Positions 26,231 through 35,738 of a stretch of DNA of 46,745 nt are shown piece after piece. The first letter of the stretch is position 1; each line of letters opens with the position of its first letter. The notes under the pieces are model-generated. The model was given only the letters and a program-made list of their open reading frames with translations. It was not told the DNA's origin and did no database searches. The DNA is from a bacterium. GTDB lineage: Bacteria > BMS3Abin14. The stretch spans positions 1-46,745 of the forward strand of contig JBFFDD010000001.1 in NCBI GenBank assembly GCA_041559575.1. Reading direction: 5' to 3'. The position numbers and the translations under genes are program-made.

Positions 26231-26235
26231 AAACA

Positions 26236-26298
26236 GTACCAGGTACCAAGTACCAAGTGCTGAGGATTAAGTGCTGTGAGATAAGTTCTGAGAACTAA
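26236..26298. repeat. Nine-unit degenerate heptanucleotide array
   Basis: gtaccag gtaccaa gtaccaa gtgctga ggattaa gtgctgt gagataa gttctga gaactaa. Confidence 0.85.
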
Positions 26299-26411
26299 AA
26301 ACTTAGAATTCAGAGCGACTTTGTGTAATATGTAATACTGATTAAAAGCGCGGATTTATTTATCCGAAAACCAGACACTAGAAACCAGACACTGCCTTTA
26401 AGGAGGGACCA

Positions 26412-26645
26412 ATGGACGTAGCCAGCAAAATAAACGAGATCATCGCCGAACAGCTCAACCAGGACGCCGACGGCATCGACGCCAATGCCCATTTTGTCAA
26501 CGATCTGGGGGCCGACTCCCTGGACGTGGTGGAACTCGTCATGGCCTTCGAGGAGGCCTTTGACCTCGAGATTCCCGACGAGGACGCGGAGAAGATCCAG
26601 ACTGTCCAGGACGCCATAAACTATATTCAGGGAAAACAGGGGTAG
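26412..26645 (+). CDS. acpP: Acyl carrier protein
   Basis: [18 protein letters not shown] contains the phosphopantetheine Ser motif. AAGGAGG ribosome-binding site. Confidence 0.95.
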   Translation: MDVASKINEIIAEQLNQDADGIDANAHFVNDLGADSLDVVELVMAFEEAFDLEIPDEDAEKIQTVQDAINYIQGKQG

Positions 26646-26653
26646 GCAGCGAC

Positions 26654-27895
26654 GTGAAACGAAGAGTCGTTGTCACCGGTCTTGGGGGGATATCACCCCT
26701 CGGTCTGGATGTCAGTGAGACGTGGCAGGGACTTCTGGCCGGCAGGTCAGGTGTCGGGCCGATCACAAAATTCGACCCTTCGGACCATGCCTCGAAGATC
26801 GCCGCTGAGGTCAAGGGTTTCGATGCGGAAAAGCGAATCGACCGCAAAGAGCTCAAAAAGATGGATCTTTTTATCTCCTACGCCATCTTCGCATCCTTCG
26901 AGGCCCTGGAACAGTCCGGACTGGTTATCGATGACCAGAACGCGGAACGGGTCGCTGTGGTGGTTGGCACCGGTATGGGCGGTCTGCCATATATCGAGCA
27001 GTACGCGGAGACCCTCTTCACCAAGGGTCCGAGAAGGGTGTCCCCTTTCTTTATCCCCATGGTGATCGCCAATCTGGCCTCGGGTCACGTATCCATCCTC
27101 ACGGGAGCCAAAGGTCCGAACAGCTGCGTGGTGACCGCGTGCGCCACCGGGACGCACTGCATCGGCGAAGCCCTTCGGATGATCCAGTACGGAGATGCGG
27201 ATGCCGCCATCGCCGGTGGAACCGAATCGACCATCACAGCCCTTGGCTTCGCAGGTTTCAACGCCATGCGCGCTCTTTCCACCCGGAACGATGAACCTGA
27301 GAGGGCCAGCCGCCCCTTCGACAAGGGCAGGGACGGATTTGTCATGGGTGAGGGAGCCGGGGTCCTTATCCTGGAGGAGATGGAGTCCGCCATGGCCCGC
27401 GGCGCAAATATCCTGGCGGAGGTAGCCGGGTTCGGAATGTCCGGGGACGCCTATCACATCACAGCCCCTCCCGAGGGAGGGACGGGAGCGGCCCAGTGCA
27501 TGAGGAGCACCCTGAAGGACGCCGGTCTCGCCCCCGATGACGTCAGCTACATCAACGCCCACGGCACCAGCACGCAGTTCAACGATCTGTTTGAGACTCA
27601 GGCCATTAAAACAGTCTTCGGGGACCACGCCTACAAACTGGCCGTGAGCTCCACGAAATCAATGATCGGCCATCTGCTCGGGGCTGCCGGCGGGGTGGAG
27701 GCCGTTATTTCGGTCAAATCGGTGATGGAGGACCGCGTCCCACCGACGGTAAATTACGAGGACCCGGACCCGGACTGCGATCTGGATTACGTTCCCAACG
27801 AAGCCAGGGAAACGTCGGTAGAGGTGGCCCTGTCCAATTCCTTTGGATTCGGAGGGACCAATGCCTGCCTCGCTTTCCGGAAATTTCGCCCCTGA
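26654..27895 (+). CDS. fabF: 3-oxoacyl-ACP synthase II
   Basis: RRVVVTGLG.., active-site [34 protein letters not shown] start. Confidence 0.95.
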   Translation: MKRRVVVTGLGGISPLGLDVSETWQGLLAGRSGVGPITKFDPSDHASKIAAEVKGFDAEKRIDRKELKKMDLFISYAIFASFEALEQSGLVIDDQNAERVAVVVGTGMGGLPYIEQYAETLFTKGPRRVSPFFIPMVIANLASGHVSILTGAKGPNSCVVTACATGTHCIGEALRMIQYGDADAAIAGGTESTITALGFAGFNAMRALSTRNDEPERASRPFDKGRDGFVMGEGAGVLILEEMESAMARGANILAEVAGFGMSGDAYHITAPPEGGTGAAQCMRSTLKDAGLAPDDVSYINAHGTSTQFNDLFETQAIKTVFGDHAYKLAVSSTKSMIGHLLGAAGGVEAVISVKSVMEDRVPPTVNYEDPDPDCDLDYVPNEARETSVEVALSNSFGFGGTNACLAFRKFRP

Positions 27896-27926
27896 TCAAA
27901 CTTGATCCACACTCTGAGGCAAACTA

Positions 27927-28640
27927 TTGAATCAGATTCAGGCACTGCTCCTTGACCTCGATGGCACATTGATTGACATCGAGGTCTCTTTTTTTCTGAG
28001 CACGATGGTAAAATCCATGCAGGACCACTTCCGCTCTCACATGGATCCGGAGACCTTTCGGGCAGGGTTGTACGGGGCCATCGATGCCATCCTGGAATCG
28101 CCGCGGAAGGACGGGGAAACAAACAGAGACAGTTATTATGGCATTTTTGAAGGGATAACCGGTCTTGACAGATCCCTGGCCGAAGAACGGTTTCGATCCT
28201 ACTATCTCGATGTTTTTCCACGTCACGCCCGGCACGCTGCGCCGGCCCCATCTGCGAAACGGTTTGTACTGGAAGCCCGGAAAAAGGGACTCAAGCTCGC
28301 CCTGGCCACTAATCCCATCTTTCCAGTGGAGTCCGTGGAGGAGCGGCTTCGCTGGGGCAGGTTGACCCCTGGCCTGTTTGACAAAATGTCGGTCCTTGAC
28401 CACATGAGGTCATGCAAACCCCAGCGGGAATATTTTCTGGAGATGGCAGATGCCCTCGGTGTGGAACCGGAAAGGTGCCTCATGGTGGGCAACGATGTGG
28501 AGCAGGATCTGCCGGCCGCCGCGGTGGGAATGAAGACCTTCCTCGTCGAGCGGAACCTTATCCACCGGGGGACGGGCAAGGTTGATCCGGACATGAGGGG
28601 GGAACTGGACGATCTGGCGAAAATTCTGGGGTTGTGGTGA
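27927..28640 (+). CDS. HAD-superfamily hydrolase
   Basis: The DxD motif LLLDLDGTLID lies at residues 8-18, so the TTG start is required. MVGNDVEQD is motif IV. Confidence 0.8.
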   Translation: MNQIQALLLDLDGTLIDIEVSFFLSTMVKSMQDHFRSHMDPETFRAGLYGAIDAILESPRKDGETNRDSYYGIFEGITGLDRSLAEERFRSYYLDVFPRHARHAAPAPSAKRFVLEARKKGLKLALATNPIFPVESVEERLRWGRLTPGLFDKMSVLDHMRSCKPQREYFLEMADALGVEPERCLMVGNDVEQDLPAAAVGMKTFLVERNLIHRGTGKVDPDMRGELDDLAKILGLW

Positions 28641-28649
28641 AACAGAATC

Positions 28650-28717
28650 AGTACATAGTACATTGTACACAGTACAATAGCTTCAGGCTTTGTACCTTGT
28701 ACCTTGTACTTTGTACT
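28650..28717. repeat. Long imperfect hairpin built from heptads (AGTACAN / NTGTACT)
   Basis: Arms 28650-28677 and 28690-28717 are complementary at 23 of 28 positions. The mismatches fall at the variable heptad positions. The loop is 12 nt. Confidence 0.9.
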
Positions 28718-28742
28718 TAAGTCCCGAATATCAGGAACCGTT

Positions 28743-29597
28743 ATGCGCGACGTCAGTCCGGCAAAAGACAACCACACCATCCACATCCTTCTTTTCGTGG
28801 CAACGCTCCTGACGACCACCGTCGCCGGTGCCATGCAGAGGGGATATAACATCCTCAAGGAGCCCGCGGCCCTGGTCCACGGGCTTCCTTTCTCCCTGAC
28901 CCTCATGGCCATCCTGTTGGTCCACGAGATGGGCCACTATCTTACCTCCCACAGGCATCGTGTGCCGGCTACCCTGCCTTTTTTTATCCCAGCCCCATCG
29001 ATTATCGGGACTTTCGGCGCTGTGATACGGATGAAGGGCGTCATATGGGACAGGAGGACCCTTTTGGACATCGGGGCAGCAGGACCCCTGGCAGGGTTCC
29101 TCATTGCTCTGCCGGCCCTTTTCATCGGCTTCATGTTCTCCGAGGTCCTGCCCGATGCCGGCGGTGGGACTCCAGGCCTTGCCCTTGGGGACAGTCTGAT
29201 CGTCCTTTTTGTCGGAAAGCTGGTCATCGGCGACCTGCCCGCTGAGGCGACAGTGATCCTCCATCCGGTGGGCTTCGCCGGTTGGATCGGACTTTTCGTC
29301 ACCTCCCTCAACCTCCTGCCTGTCGGGCAACTGGATGGAGGCCACATCGCCAAGGCCCTGTTCCCGGACCGGTTCGACCTCGTGGCTCGAATTGTTCACC
29401 TCGTCCTCATCGGTATGGGCATTCTTTTCTGGGAAGGGTGGCTCATCTGGGGCCTTTTGCTCGTTTTCCTGGGAATCCGGCACCCCCCTGTCCTCATGCC
29501 CCACATCGAACTCGATTCAAGGAGAAGGAAGATCGGGTTTTTGTCGCTGTTGGTATTTGTGCTCACCTTTGTACCCACGCCTTTTAAGGTTCTTTAG
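28743..29597 (+). CDS. Site-2 protease (peptidase M50) family membrane protein
   Basis: HEMGH (LLVHEMGHYL), a downstream NLLPVGQLDGGH motif, and multiple TM segments. The start is uncertain: the ORF opens at TTG 28704. Confidence 0.8.
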   Translation: MRDVSPAKDNHTIHILLFVATLLTTTVAGAMQRGYNILKEPAALVHGLPFSLTLMAILLVHEMGHYLTSHRHRVPATLPFFIPAPSIIGTFGAVIRMKGVIWDRRTLLDIGAAGPLAGFLIALPALFIGFMFSEVLPDAGGGTPGLALGDSLIVLFVGKLVIGDLPAEATVILHPVGFAGWIGLFVTSLNLLPVGQLDGGHIAKALFPDRFDLVARIVHLVLIGMGILFWEGWLIWGLLLVFLGIRHPPVLMPHIELDSRRRKIGFLSLLVFVLTFVPTPFKVL

Positions 29598-29652
29598 AAC
29601 CGGTGAACCTGAGCTGAGAACCGGGAAAAGGGAACCGGAAACGGGGACTTCA
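29597..29652. repeat. Eight-unit degenerate heptanucleotide array
   Basis: gaaccgg tgaacct gagctga gaaccgg gaaaagg gaaccgg aaacggg gacttca. Confidence 0.85.
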
Positions 29653-29902
29653 GACCCTTACCCAAGAATTTTTATTTGAAATATATAAATATATTTCGGT
29701 AAGTTATGGCTAAACACTCATAATTTACATTACCTATTGTCCGTCATAAAACAGCGACAGCAGGTCTGTAGTATCCATTATCACCTCCCCGCCCCTTTAA
29801 CCGGACCTCGAAGGGCACCTTCTCTTGACCTTAAGGGTGTTGTGCGATAACGTTTCACCGGTCAGGGTTCTTTTCTATTCCGGGTCAAGGGAGGGTATTG
29901 CC

Positions 29903-30907
29903 ATGTCCAGAACCGCGTTGATTTCGGGGATTTGTATCCTTCTCGCTTTTTCTGTTGGATGCGTATCAAAGAAAGACTATCTGCTCAAGAAGGACGAAGC
30001 GGACCGGTGCGCGACCAATCTGGAGCAGTGTCTGGACGAGAGCGCCACCCTCAAGAATGAGCTTTCCACCACCCAGAAGGACCTGACTGTCAGTCAGAGC
30101 AGGGGGGAGGAACTCAGCGGGCAACTTGACGGACTCCTGTCGAGGCTGGAGACCCAGCAGGCGGTCAACGATGAGCTCAAGGATCAGAATGACCGCCTGG
30201 GGGAACTCCTGAAGAGCAAGGAGGTCTCCCAATCGAGGATCATTCAGGAGACAATGGAGATCAACAAGAGGCTCCAGGGAACCAACGCCGAATTGAGAGA
30301 GGAAATCGTCCGTAAAGAGAGTCAGAACAACGTTTTAACCGCTGACCTTAAGACTGCACAGGCGGAGCTTAAGGAGGTTCGAACCCGCAAGGAGGAGGAA
30401 CTCCAGAAGCTCAAATCCACCTACGATGAACTGGTCCAGGGCCTCAAGAGCGAGATCGAGGCAGGGGAGATCCAGATCAGGAGGATGAAAGACAGGCTGT
30501 CGGTGAACCTCGTGGAGAAGATCCTGTTCGATTCCGGACGGGCAGACCTGAAACCCTCAGGTATTGAGGTTCTGACCAAGGTGGGGGGGGAATTGGCCAA
30601 GATCGAGGGCAAACGGGTTCAGATCGAGGGTCATACGGACAACGTACCCATTGGGGGTAAGCTCAAGGAGACGTTTGCCACAAACTGGGAGCTTTCCGCC
30701 AGCCGTGCACTGGCGGTCGTCCACTTCCTTCAGGAAAAGGTCGGTATCGACCCGGCGAATCTCTCCGCAGCCGGTTACGGGGAGTATCAGCCGGCGGCTT
30801 CCAATGAGACCATGGAAGGCAAATCCGCCAACCGGAGGATCGAGATCGTTCTCCTCGCTCCCTATGAACAGATCTCGGAAGCCCAGGAGACCACCGTAAC
30901 CGAATAG
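29903..30907 (+). CDS. OmpA/MotB-domain lipoprotein with a long coiled coil
   Basis: GGGAGGG lies before the ATG at 29903. Lipobox LLAFSVG-C. Heptad-rich coiled coil. OmpA_C motif GHTDNVPIG..NWELSASRA..NRRIEI. Confidence 0.85.
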   Translation: MSRTALISGICILLAFSVGCVSKKDYLLKKDEADRCATNLEQCLDESATLKNELSTTQKDLTVSQSRGEELSGQLDGLLSRLETQQAVNDELKDQNDRLGELLKSKEVSQSRIIQETMEINKRLQGTNAELREEIVRKESQNNVLTADLKTAQAELKEVRTRKEEELQKLKSTYDELVQGLKSEIEAGEIQIRRMKDRLSVNLVEKILFDSGRADLKPSGIEVLTKVGGELAKIEGKRVQIEGHTDNVPIGGKLKETFATNWELSASRALAVVHFLQEKVGIDPANLSAAGYGEYQPAASNETMEGKSANRRIEIVLLAPYEQISEAQETTVTE

Positions 30908-30926
30908 ACAGGGAGATGTTAATAAA

Positions 30927-31052
30927 GTTTCCAGTTTCCAGTTTACGGTTTGCGGTTTGAAGTTGTTATTATTTATCCGAATGTTATCGGATACTATCTG
31001 AATTTTGGCCAGTTGCGGTTGAACTGGAAACTGAACACCGGAAACTGTAAAC
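30927..31052. repeat. Complementary heptad arms (GTTTCCA / TGGAAAC)
   Basis: Left arm: gtttcca gtttcca gtttacg gtttgcg gtttgaa. Right arm: tggaaac tgaacac cggaaac tgtaaac (31025-31052). Confidence 0.85.
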
Positions 31053-31086
31053 TACGTCTTTCAGAGACCATGCCAGGAGGTGAAAA

Positions 31087-31263
31087 TTGGCCGTTCACAG
31101 CAACTTCATGGTTAAAGTCATTGACGCTTCCATGCCGGACGTCAGAAAGGCCTTGCAGGGCGCTGGAATCGAAGTGAGGAGCATCCTCCTTGTAAACAAG
31201 GAGACGATAGAGGAACCGGAAGGATCCTCGGAGGAGGCGGGGGAGCAGGAAACCGGCGATTAA
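31087..31263 (+). CDS. Possible small protein (58 aa, below the ORF-track cutoff)
   Basis: AGGAGG at 31075-31080 lies 6 nt before the TTG at 31087. The frame reads (M)AVHSNFMVKVIDASMPDVRKALQGAGIEVRSILLVNKETIEEPEGSSEEAGEQETGD and stops at TAA 31261-31263. No family was recognised. Confidence 0.3.
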   Translation: MAVHSNFMVKVIDASMPDVRKALQGAGIEVRSILLVNKETIEEPEGSSEEAGEQETGD

Positions 31264-31311
31264 GAGGTAAGAGAGCGGAACGGGGGGGCGGCAACCCCAG
31301 GGGAGGGTGAA

Positions 31312-31968
31312 ATGAGGATCAAGTACATCGGGCACGCATGTTTTTTCATTGAGTCGGCGGATGGCACCAGGATCGTCACCGATCCATACGAACCGGGATG
31401 TTACGACGGGGCCGTAAAGTACGAACCTGTCTCGGTTGAAGCGGATCTCGTCCTGGTATCCCACGACCACGCGGATCACAACTGGTCGTCCGGGGTGGGT
31501 GGGAACCCGGATGTTATCAGTGAGGCCGGGGACAGGACCGTCAGGGAAGTGATGCTACGGGGAGTCCCGACCTTCCACGACACCACTCAGGGGTCCGAAC
31601 GTGGTGACAATATCATCTTTCGTTTCGTGGTCGACGGTCTTTCCCTCTGCCACCTGGGCGATCTGGGACACACCCTGGAGGCAGACGTGGCTGATCAGCT
31701 CAAACCGGTGGACATCCTCTTTCTTCCCGTAGGAGGAGTCTTCGCCATCGGAAGCGATGAGTCAGATTCCATTATCAGCGCCCTGTCCCCGAAGCTGGTG
31801 ATCCCCATGCACTTCAAGACGGAAGGGGTTGATTTCCCCATCGCCCCTGTGGACGACTTTCTGGCCGGCCGGGATGCCGTGTCCAGGCCCGGAGGATCCG
31901 AGGCGGTCCTGACGGCTGAGGATCTCCCCAGCGGGACATTGGTCCTCGATCCGGCAGCTCTGCCATAA
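31312..31968 (+). CDS. MBL-fold metallo-hydrolase
   Basis: MRIKYIGHACFFIE..TDPY..VSHDHADH. Confidence 0.85.
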   Translation: MRIKYIGHACFFIESADGTRIVTDPYEPGCYDGAVKYEPVSVEADLVLVSHDHADHNWSSGVGGNPDVISEAGDRTVREVMLRGVPTFHDTTQGSERGDNIIFRFVVDGLSLCHLGDLGHTLEADVADQLKPVDILFLPVGGVFAIGSDESDSIISALSPKLVIPMHFKTEGVDFPIAPVDDFLAGRDAVSRPGGSEAVLTAEDLPSGTLVLDPAALP

Positions 31969-31978
31969 TCCGGAAATT

Positions 31979-32088
31979 TTACCACAGAGATCACAGGGGA
32001 GGGTCAGTACTGAGGACTGGGAACTAATAAGAATGTTAAGAACCTCAAACCTTAAACCTGTTCCTCTCTACGTGTCCTCTGTGGTTAA
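31979..32088. repeat. Spacer-spanning imperfect inverted repeat
   Basis: ttaccacagagatcacagg (left end) and cgtgtcctctgtggttaa (right end). The accacagag / ctctgtggt pairing is perfect. Confidence 0.7.
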
Positions 32089-32093
32089 ATCTC

Positions 32094-32588
32094 ATGCCGC
32101 CGAATGGAACAAAGACCCCGCCCCGTTTTCTGGCCGATGCCATGCTCGGTCGCTTGGCCCGAAGGCTTCGCATGCTCGGTCTTGATGTCCTTTACGATCC
32201 AGATGCCGACGATTCCCTGGTCCGCTACACTTCAAAACTGGAATCCAGATTCGTACTGACAAAGGATAGACGATTGTCGAGCTCTCTCCGTTCCATGGCA
32301 TATCTGATCGATGGAGATAATGTGGGGGAGGAGTTCACATCGGTGGTCCCCCTTCTCAGGAGCCTGGACTGTCTCTACGTTCCTTTGAGCCGCTGCCTGG
32401 AGTGCAACACCGAACTGACCGAAATGGCCCGAGCCGAGGCTGAAGACAGAGTACCCCGTTACGTTTACGCCTCCTGCGAGGCTTTTCGACGGTGTTCGAA
32501 GTGCCGGAGGATCTACTGGGCCGGGACCCACGCGGACAGCATGCTGGAGGGAATCAAACAGATGCTCGAGGAGATCGAAGGCCCGTGA
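32094..32588 (+). CDS. Mut7-C RNase domain (DUF82) protein
   Basis: FLADAMLGRLARRLRMLGLDV.. with a C-terminal CLECN...CSKC zinc ribbon. Confidence 0.85.
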   Translation: MPPNGTKTPPRFLADAMLGRLARRLRMLGLDVLYDPDADDSLVRYTSKLESRFVLTKDRRLSSSLRSMAYLIDGDNVGEEFTSVVPLLRSLDCLYVPLSRCLECNTELTEMARAEAEDRVPRYVYASCEAFRRCSKCRRIYWAGTHADSMLEGIKQMLEEIEGP

Positions 32589-32797
32589 GTCAACTCGGAA
32601 AGATGCTAATCACAGTGGGGATCATCACGGCGGCAGTGGGCGTCGTCCTCCTTCTCGTCCCCAGGGTCCCGTGGCTGGGCAAACTCCCGGGGGACATCGT
32701 CATCCGCAAGAGGAACACAGTGTTCTACTTCCCCATAGCCACAAGTATCGTGATCAGTATCATTCTTACGGTTCTGTTTAATCTGTTCAGGAAATGA
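32585..32797 (+). CDS. DUF2905 family small membrane protein
   Basis: GTGA overlap with the previous gene. (M)SQLGKMLITVGIITAAVGVVLLL..LPGDIVIRK..FYFP. Confidence 0.75.
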   Translation: MSQLGKMLITVGIITAAVGVVLLLVPRVPWLGKLPGDIVIRKRNTVFYFPIATSIVISIILTVLFNLFRK

Positions 32798-32802
32798 TAA
32801 TT

Positions 32803-32916
32803 GGAGTAGCAAGTAATCGGTTGTCAGAGGTCAGTATTCAGCAGGCTAGATGCGAAATTGTCACGGGAGAGAGATTAATTCCCGCTGAATTCTGAATCCT
32901 GAATACTGGATACTCC
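32803..32916. repeat. Spacer-spanning imperfect inverted repeat with heptads (CTGAATN)
   Basis: Left arm: ggagtagcaagtaatcgg..ggtcagtattcagc. Right arm: gctgaat tctgaat cctgaat actggat actcc. Confidence 0.8.
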
Positions 32917-33023
32917 TTCGCCGTTATAATCCCTTGACGAATCCGCAGGGGTCTATTACGTTGTTGAACTTGCCTTTAAGTGTCGGAAAACCTTTATTTA
33001 AAAGGAAGGATTGACCCGCATCC

Positions 33024-34514
33024 ATGAGCCAGGAAAGCGAAAGCAGGCTTCATCAGATCCGCAGGGAAAAGGTCGAGCAGATCAGGGACCTGGGGATCAA
33101 TCCCTATCCAAACCATTTCGAGAGGAAGCACCGGGCGGCGGACGTCCACCGGGAAATGGAGGACCGGACTCCGGAAGAGGTTGAGGCTTCCGGGGCGCAA
33201 TATGTTCTTGCCGGAAGGGTTATGGCCGTCAGGAATTTTGGGAAGGCCTCTTTCATCCACATGGAGGATTCCTCAGCCAGGATCCAGGTTTTTCTAAAGA
33301 AGGACACCCTGGGCGAGGAGGGTTACAACCACTTTAAACTGTGGGACGTGGGGGATATCGTCGGTGTGACCGGGACACCCTTTGTGACCAGGACGGGTGA
33401 ACTGACCATCATGGCCGCCAGTGCCATACTGCTGTCCAAGTCCGTCCGCCCCCTCCCTGAAAAGTGGCACGGTCTGAAGGATGTTGAGATCCGGTATCGC
33501 CAGAGGTATGTCGATCTGATTGCCAACAGTGAAGTCAGGGAGACCTTCCGTGCCCGCACCCGCCTGATCACCAATATGAGAAACTACCTCGACAGCCAGG
33601 GTTTTCTGGAGGTCGAGACTCCCATGATGCAGCCCATACCTGGGGGGGCAACTGCGAAACCCTTCGTCACCCATCACAACACTTTGGATATGGATCTGTT
33701 TCTCCGGGTCGCTCCGGAACTGTACCTGAAGAAACTGGTCGTGGGCGGATTTGAGAGGGTTTACGAGATCAACCGAAACTTCCGGAATGAGGGGATCTCC
33801 ACCATGCATAATCCAGAGTTCACCATGCTGGAATTTTACATGGCCTATAGCGAGTACAGGGGAATGATGGATTTCACCGAAGATTTCCTGCGGGAGGTCG
33901 TCAGAAAAACGATCGGCTCTGAAAGGCTGACGTACCAGGGGATAGATGTGGATTTCGCCAAACCATTTTCCAGGATCTCCTTCTTCGAGGCCCTCGGGGA
34001 ACTGGATGGTTTTGAGGACGAAACCCTTAAGAGCCCGGCGAAGGCCCTCGAATACGCCAAGGCCAGGGACATTCCGGCGACTGAAAAGGATCCACTGGGT
34101 AAAGTCCACGTGAAGATCTTCGAACACCTGGTGGAGTCCGAATTACGGGATCCGACCTTCGTCTACGACTATCCGATCGATGTATCCCCCCTTTCCCGGC
34201 GCAGCGACGAATCGCCGGAGGTTGCGGAGAGGTTCGAGCTCTTCATAGCCGGCATGGAGATCGCCAACGGCTTCTCCGAGCTGAACGATCCCCGAGATCA
34301 GGAGGATCGCTTCCGGCAGCAGGTCAGTGAGAGGGAATCCGGTGACGAGGAGGCCCACAGGATGGATCATGATTACATCAACGCCCTCGAATACGCCCTT
34401 CCTCCCACAGCGGGGGAGGGTATTGGAATAGACCGTCTGGCGATGCTGATCACGGACTCCCCGTCCATCAGGGATGTGATCCTTTTTCCCCATCAACGAA
34501 ACGTTCAGCCGTAG
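33024..34514 (+). CDS. lysS: Lysine--tRNA ligase (class II)
   Basis: OB-fold N-terminal domain. Class II motifs ..[10 protein letters not shown].., [23 protein letters not shown]. Confidence 0.97.
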   Translation: MSQESESRLHQIRREKVEQIRDLGINPYPNHFERKHRAADVHREMEDRTPEEVEASGAQYVLAGRVMAVRNFGKASFIHMEDSSARIQVFLKKDTLGEEGYNHFKLWDVGDIVGVTGTPFVTRTGELTIMAASAILLSKSVRPLPEKWHGLKDVEIRYRQRYVDLIANSEVRETFRARTRLITNMRNYLDSQGFLEVETPMMQPIPGGATAKPFVTHHNTLDMDLFLRVAPELYLKKLVVGGFERVYEINRNFRNEGISTMHNPEFTMLEFYMAYSEYRGMMDFTEDFLREVVRKTIGSERLTYQGIDVDFAKPFSRISFFEALGELDGFEDETLKSPAKALEYAKARDIPATEKDPLGKVHVKIFEHLVESELRDPTFVYDYPIDVSPLSRRSDESPEVAERFELFIAGMEIANGFSELNDPRDQEDRFRQQVSERESGDEEAHRMDHDYINALEYALPPTAGEGIGIDRLAMLITDSPSIRDVILFPHQRNVQP

Positions 34515-34523
34515 GGTAGGCCG

Positions 34524-35738
34524 TTGAGACTCTCCTTCGAATGGATGGTGGCCCTCCGTCACCTGCGGTCGCGCAGGCGGCACGCTTTTGTGTCCCTCAT
34601 TACCGTCATCTCCATCCTCGGGGTGGCTCTGGGAGTGGCGGCCCTGATCACCGTTATCTCTGTTATGACCGGGTTTTCGAGCTATATGCAGGATAGGATC
34701 CTGGGGACGACCTCCCATATCGTCATCCAGGGAAGCGATGGAATAGATGGGGTGGAGGAGGTTCTCGCTGCCGTTTCCGGGCATGAGGGTGTCGTTGCCG
34801 CGGCTCCCTACGTCATGGGACAGTCCCTCATAAAGGTGAACGGGGATGTCAACGGTGTTGTGGTCCGAGGTGTCGACCCCGTCAGGGAAGGGGGAGTGAC
34901 GGACCTTGCCAGCAACATGGTGGAAGGATCCCTCACGGACCTGGATCGGGATGGCATCATTGTCGGCATCGAGATGATGAGGCTGCATGGGGTCCGGCCG
35001 GGTGATACCGTAACGCTGGTTTCCCCTTCGGAGATATCTTCTCCCTTCGGAATGGTTCCCCTTATGGAGAGATTTGTGGTCAGGGGGATCTTCGACACCG
35101 GGATGTACGAGTACGACACCGGGCTGGTTCTGGTGACCATGGACGCCGGACGCTCCTTCTTCGATATGGGGGACAGGGTCACAGGGATCGCGGTTAAAGT
35201 GGAGAACATCTACCGCACCGGCGAGATCGCTCGGTCCCTTCAGGAGGCCCTGGGTTTCTCCTTCTGGGTCAGGGACTGGAAGGATATGAACAAGAACCTC
35301 TTTTCCGCCCTGAAACTGGAAAAGATCACCATGTTCGTCATCCTGGTCCTCATCATCGTGGTGGCCGCCTTCAATATCATCGGCACCCTTATCTTAGTGG
35401 TCATGGAGAAGGGCCGCGAGATAGCCATTCTCAAGGCCATGGGCGCCACCAGGGAGGCCATCGGCCGGATCTTCATGCTGGAGGGTCTGATCATAGGACT
35501 CGGGGGCACCCTGCTCGGCCTGGTCCTCGGACTAATCCTGTCCTGGGCTCTGGCCAGATATAATTTTGTCGAGCTTCCCAGCAGCGTCTATTACGTCACC
35601 ACGATTCCGGTAAAGATCAAACTGCTGGATATCATGTCCATCTGCCTGGCGGCGGTGGCCGTCAGTTTCGCAGCGACTATTTATCCGGCCCGGAGGGCCT
35701 CAGCCTTAAACCCGGTGGAGATCCTCCGATATGAATAA
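34524..35738 (+). CDS. lolC: Lipoprotein-releasing ABC transporter permease (LolC/LolE family)
   Basis: FEWMVALRHLRSRRR.., FtsX-type C-terminal TM bundle. It is followed by lolD. TTG start. Confidence 0.9.
   Translation: MRLSFEWMVALRHLRSRRRHAFVSLITVISILGVALGVAALITVISVMTGFSSYMQDRILGTTSHIVIQGSDGIDGVEEVLAAVSGHEGVVAAAPYVMGQSLIKVNGDVNGVVVRGVDPVREGGVTDLASNMVEGSLTDLDRDGIIVGIEMMRLHGVRPGDTVTLVSPSEISSPFGMVPLMERFVVRGIFDTGMYEYDTGLVLVTMDAGRSFFDMGDRVTGIAVKVENIYRTGEIARSLQEALGFSFWVRDWKDMNKNLFSALKLEKITMFVILVLIIVVAAFNIIGTLILVVMEKGREIAILKAMGATREAIGRIFMLEGLIIGLGGTLLGLVLGLILSWALARYNFVELPSSVYYVTTIPVKIKLLDIMSICLAAVAVSFAATIYPARRASALNPVEILRYE

Noticed and set aside
26236-26298. Could the tandem repeat arrays be CRISPR arrays?
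   Set aside because: The units are 7 nt and contiguous, with no spacers. CRISPR repeats are about 24-48 nt and are separated by unique spacers. No cas genes are present.
26357-26370. The 13-mer ttatttatccgaa, shared between the fabG-acpP spacer and the spacer at 30968-30980.
   Set aside because: For a window of this size, on both strands, tens of 13-mer coincidences are expected by chance. The expectation is higher still within AT-rich spacers.
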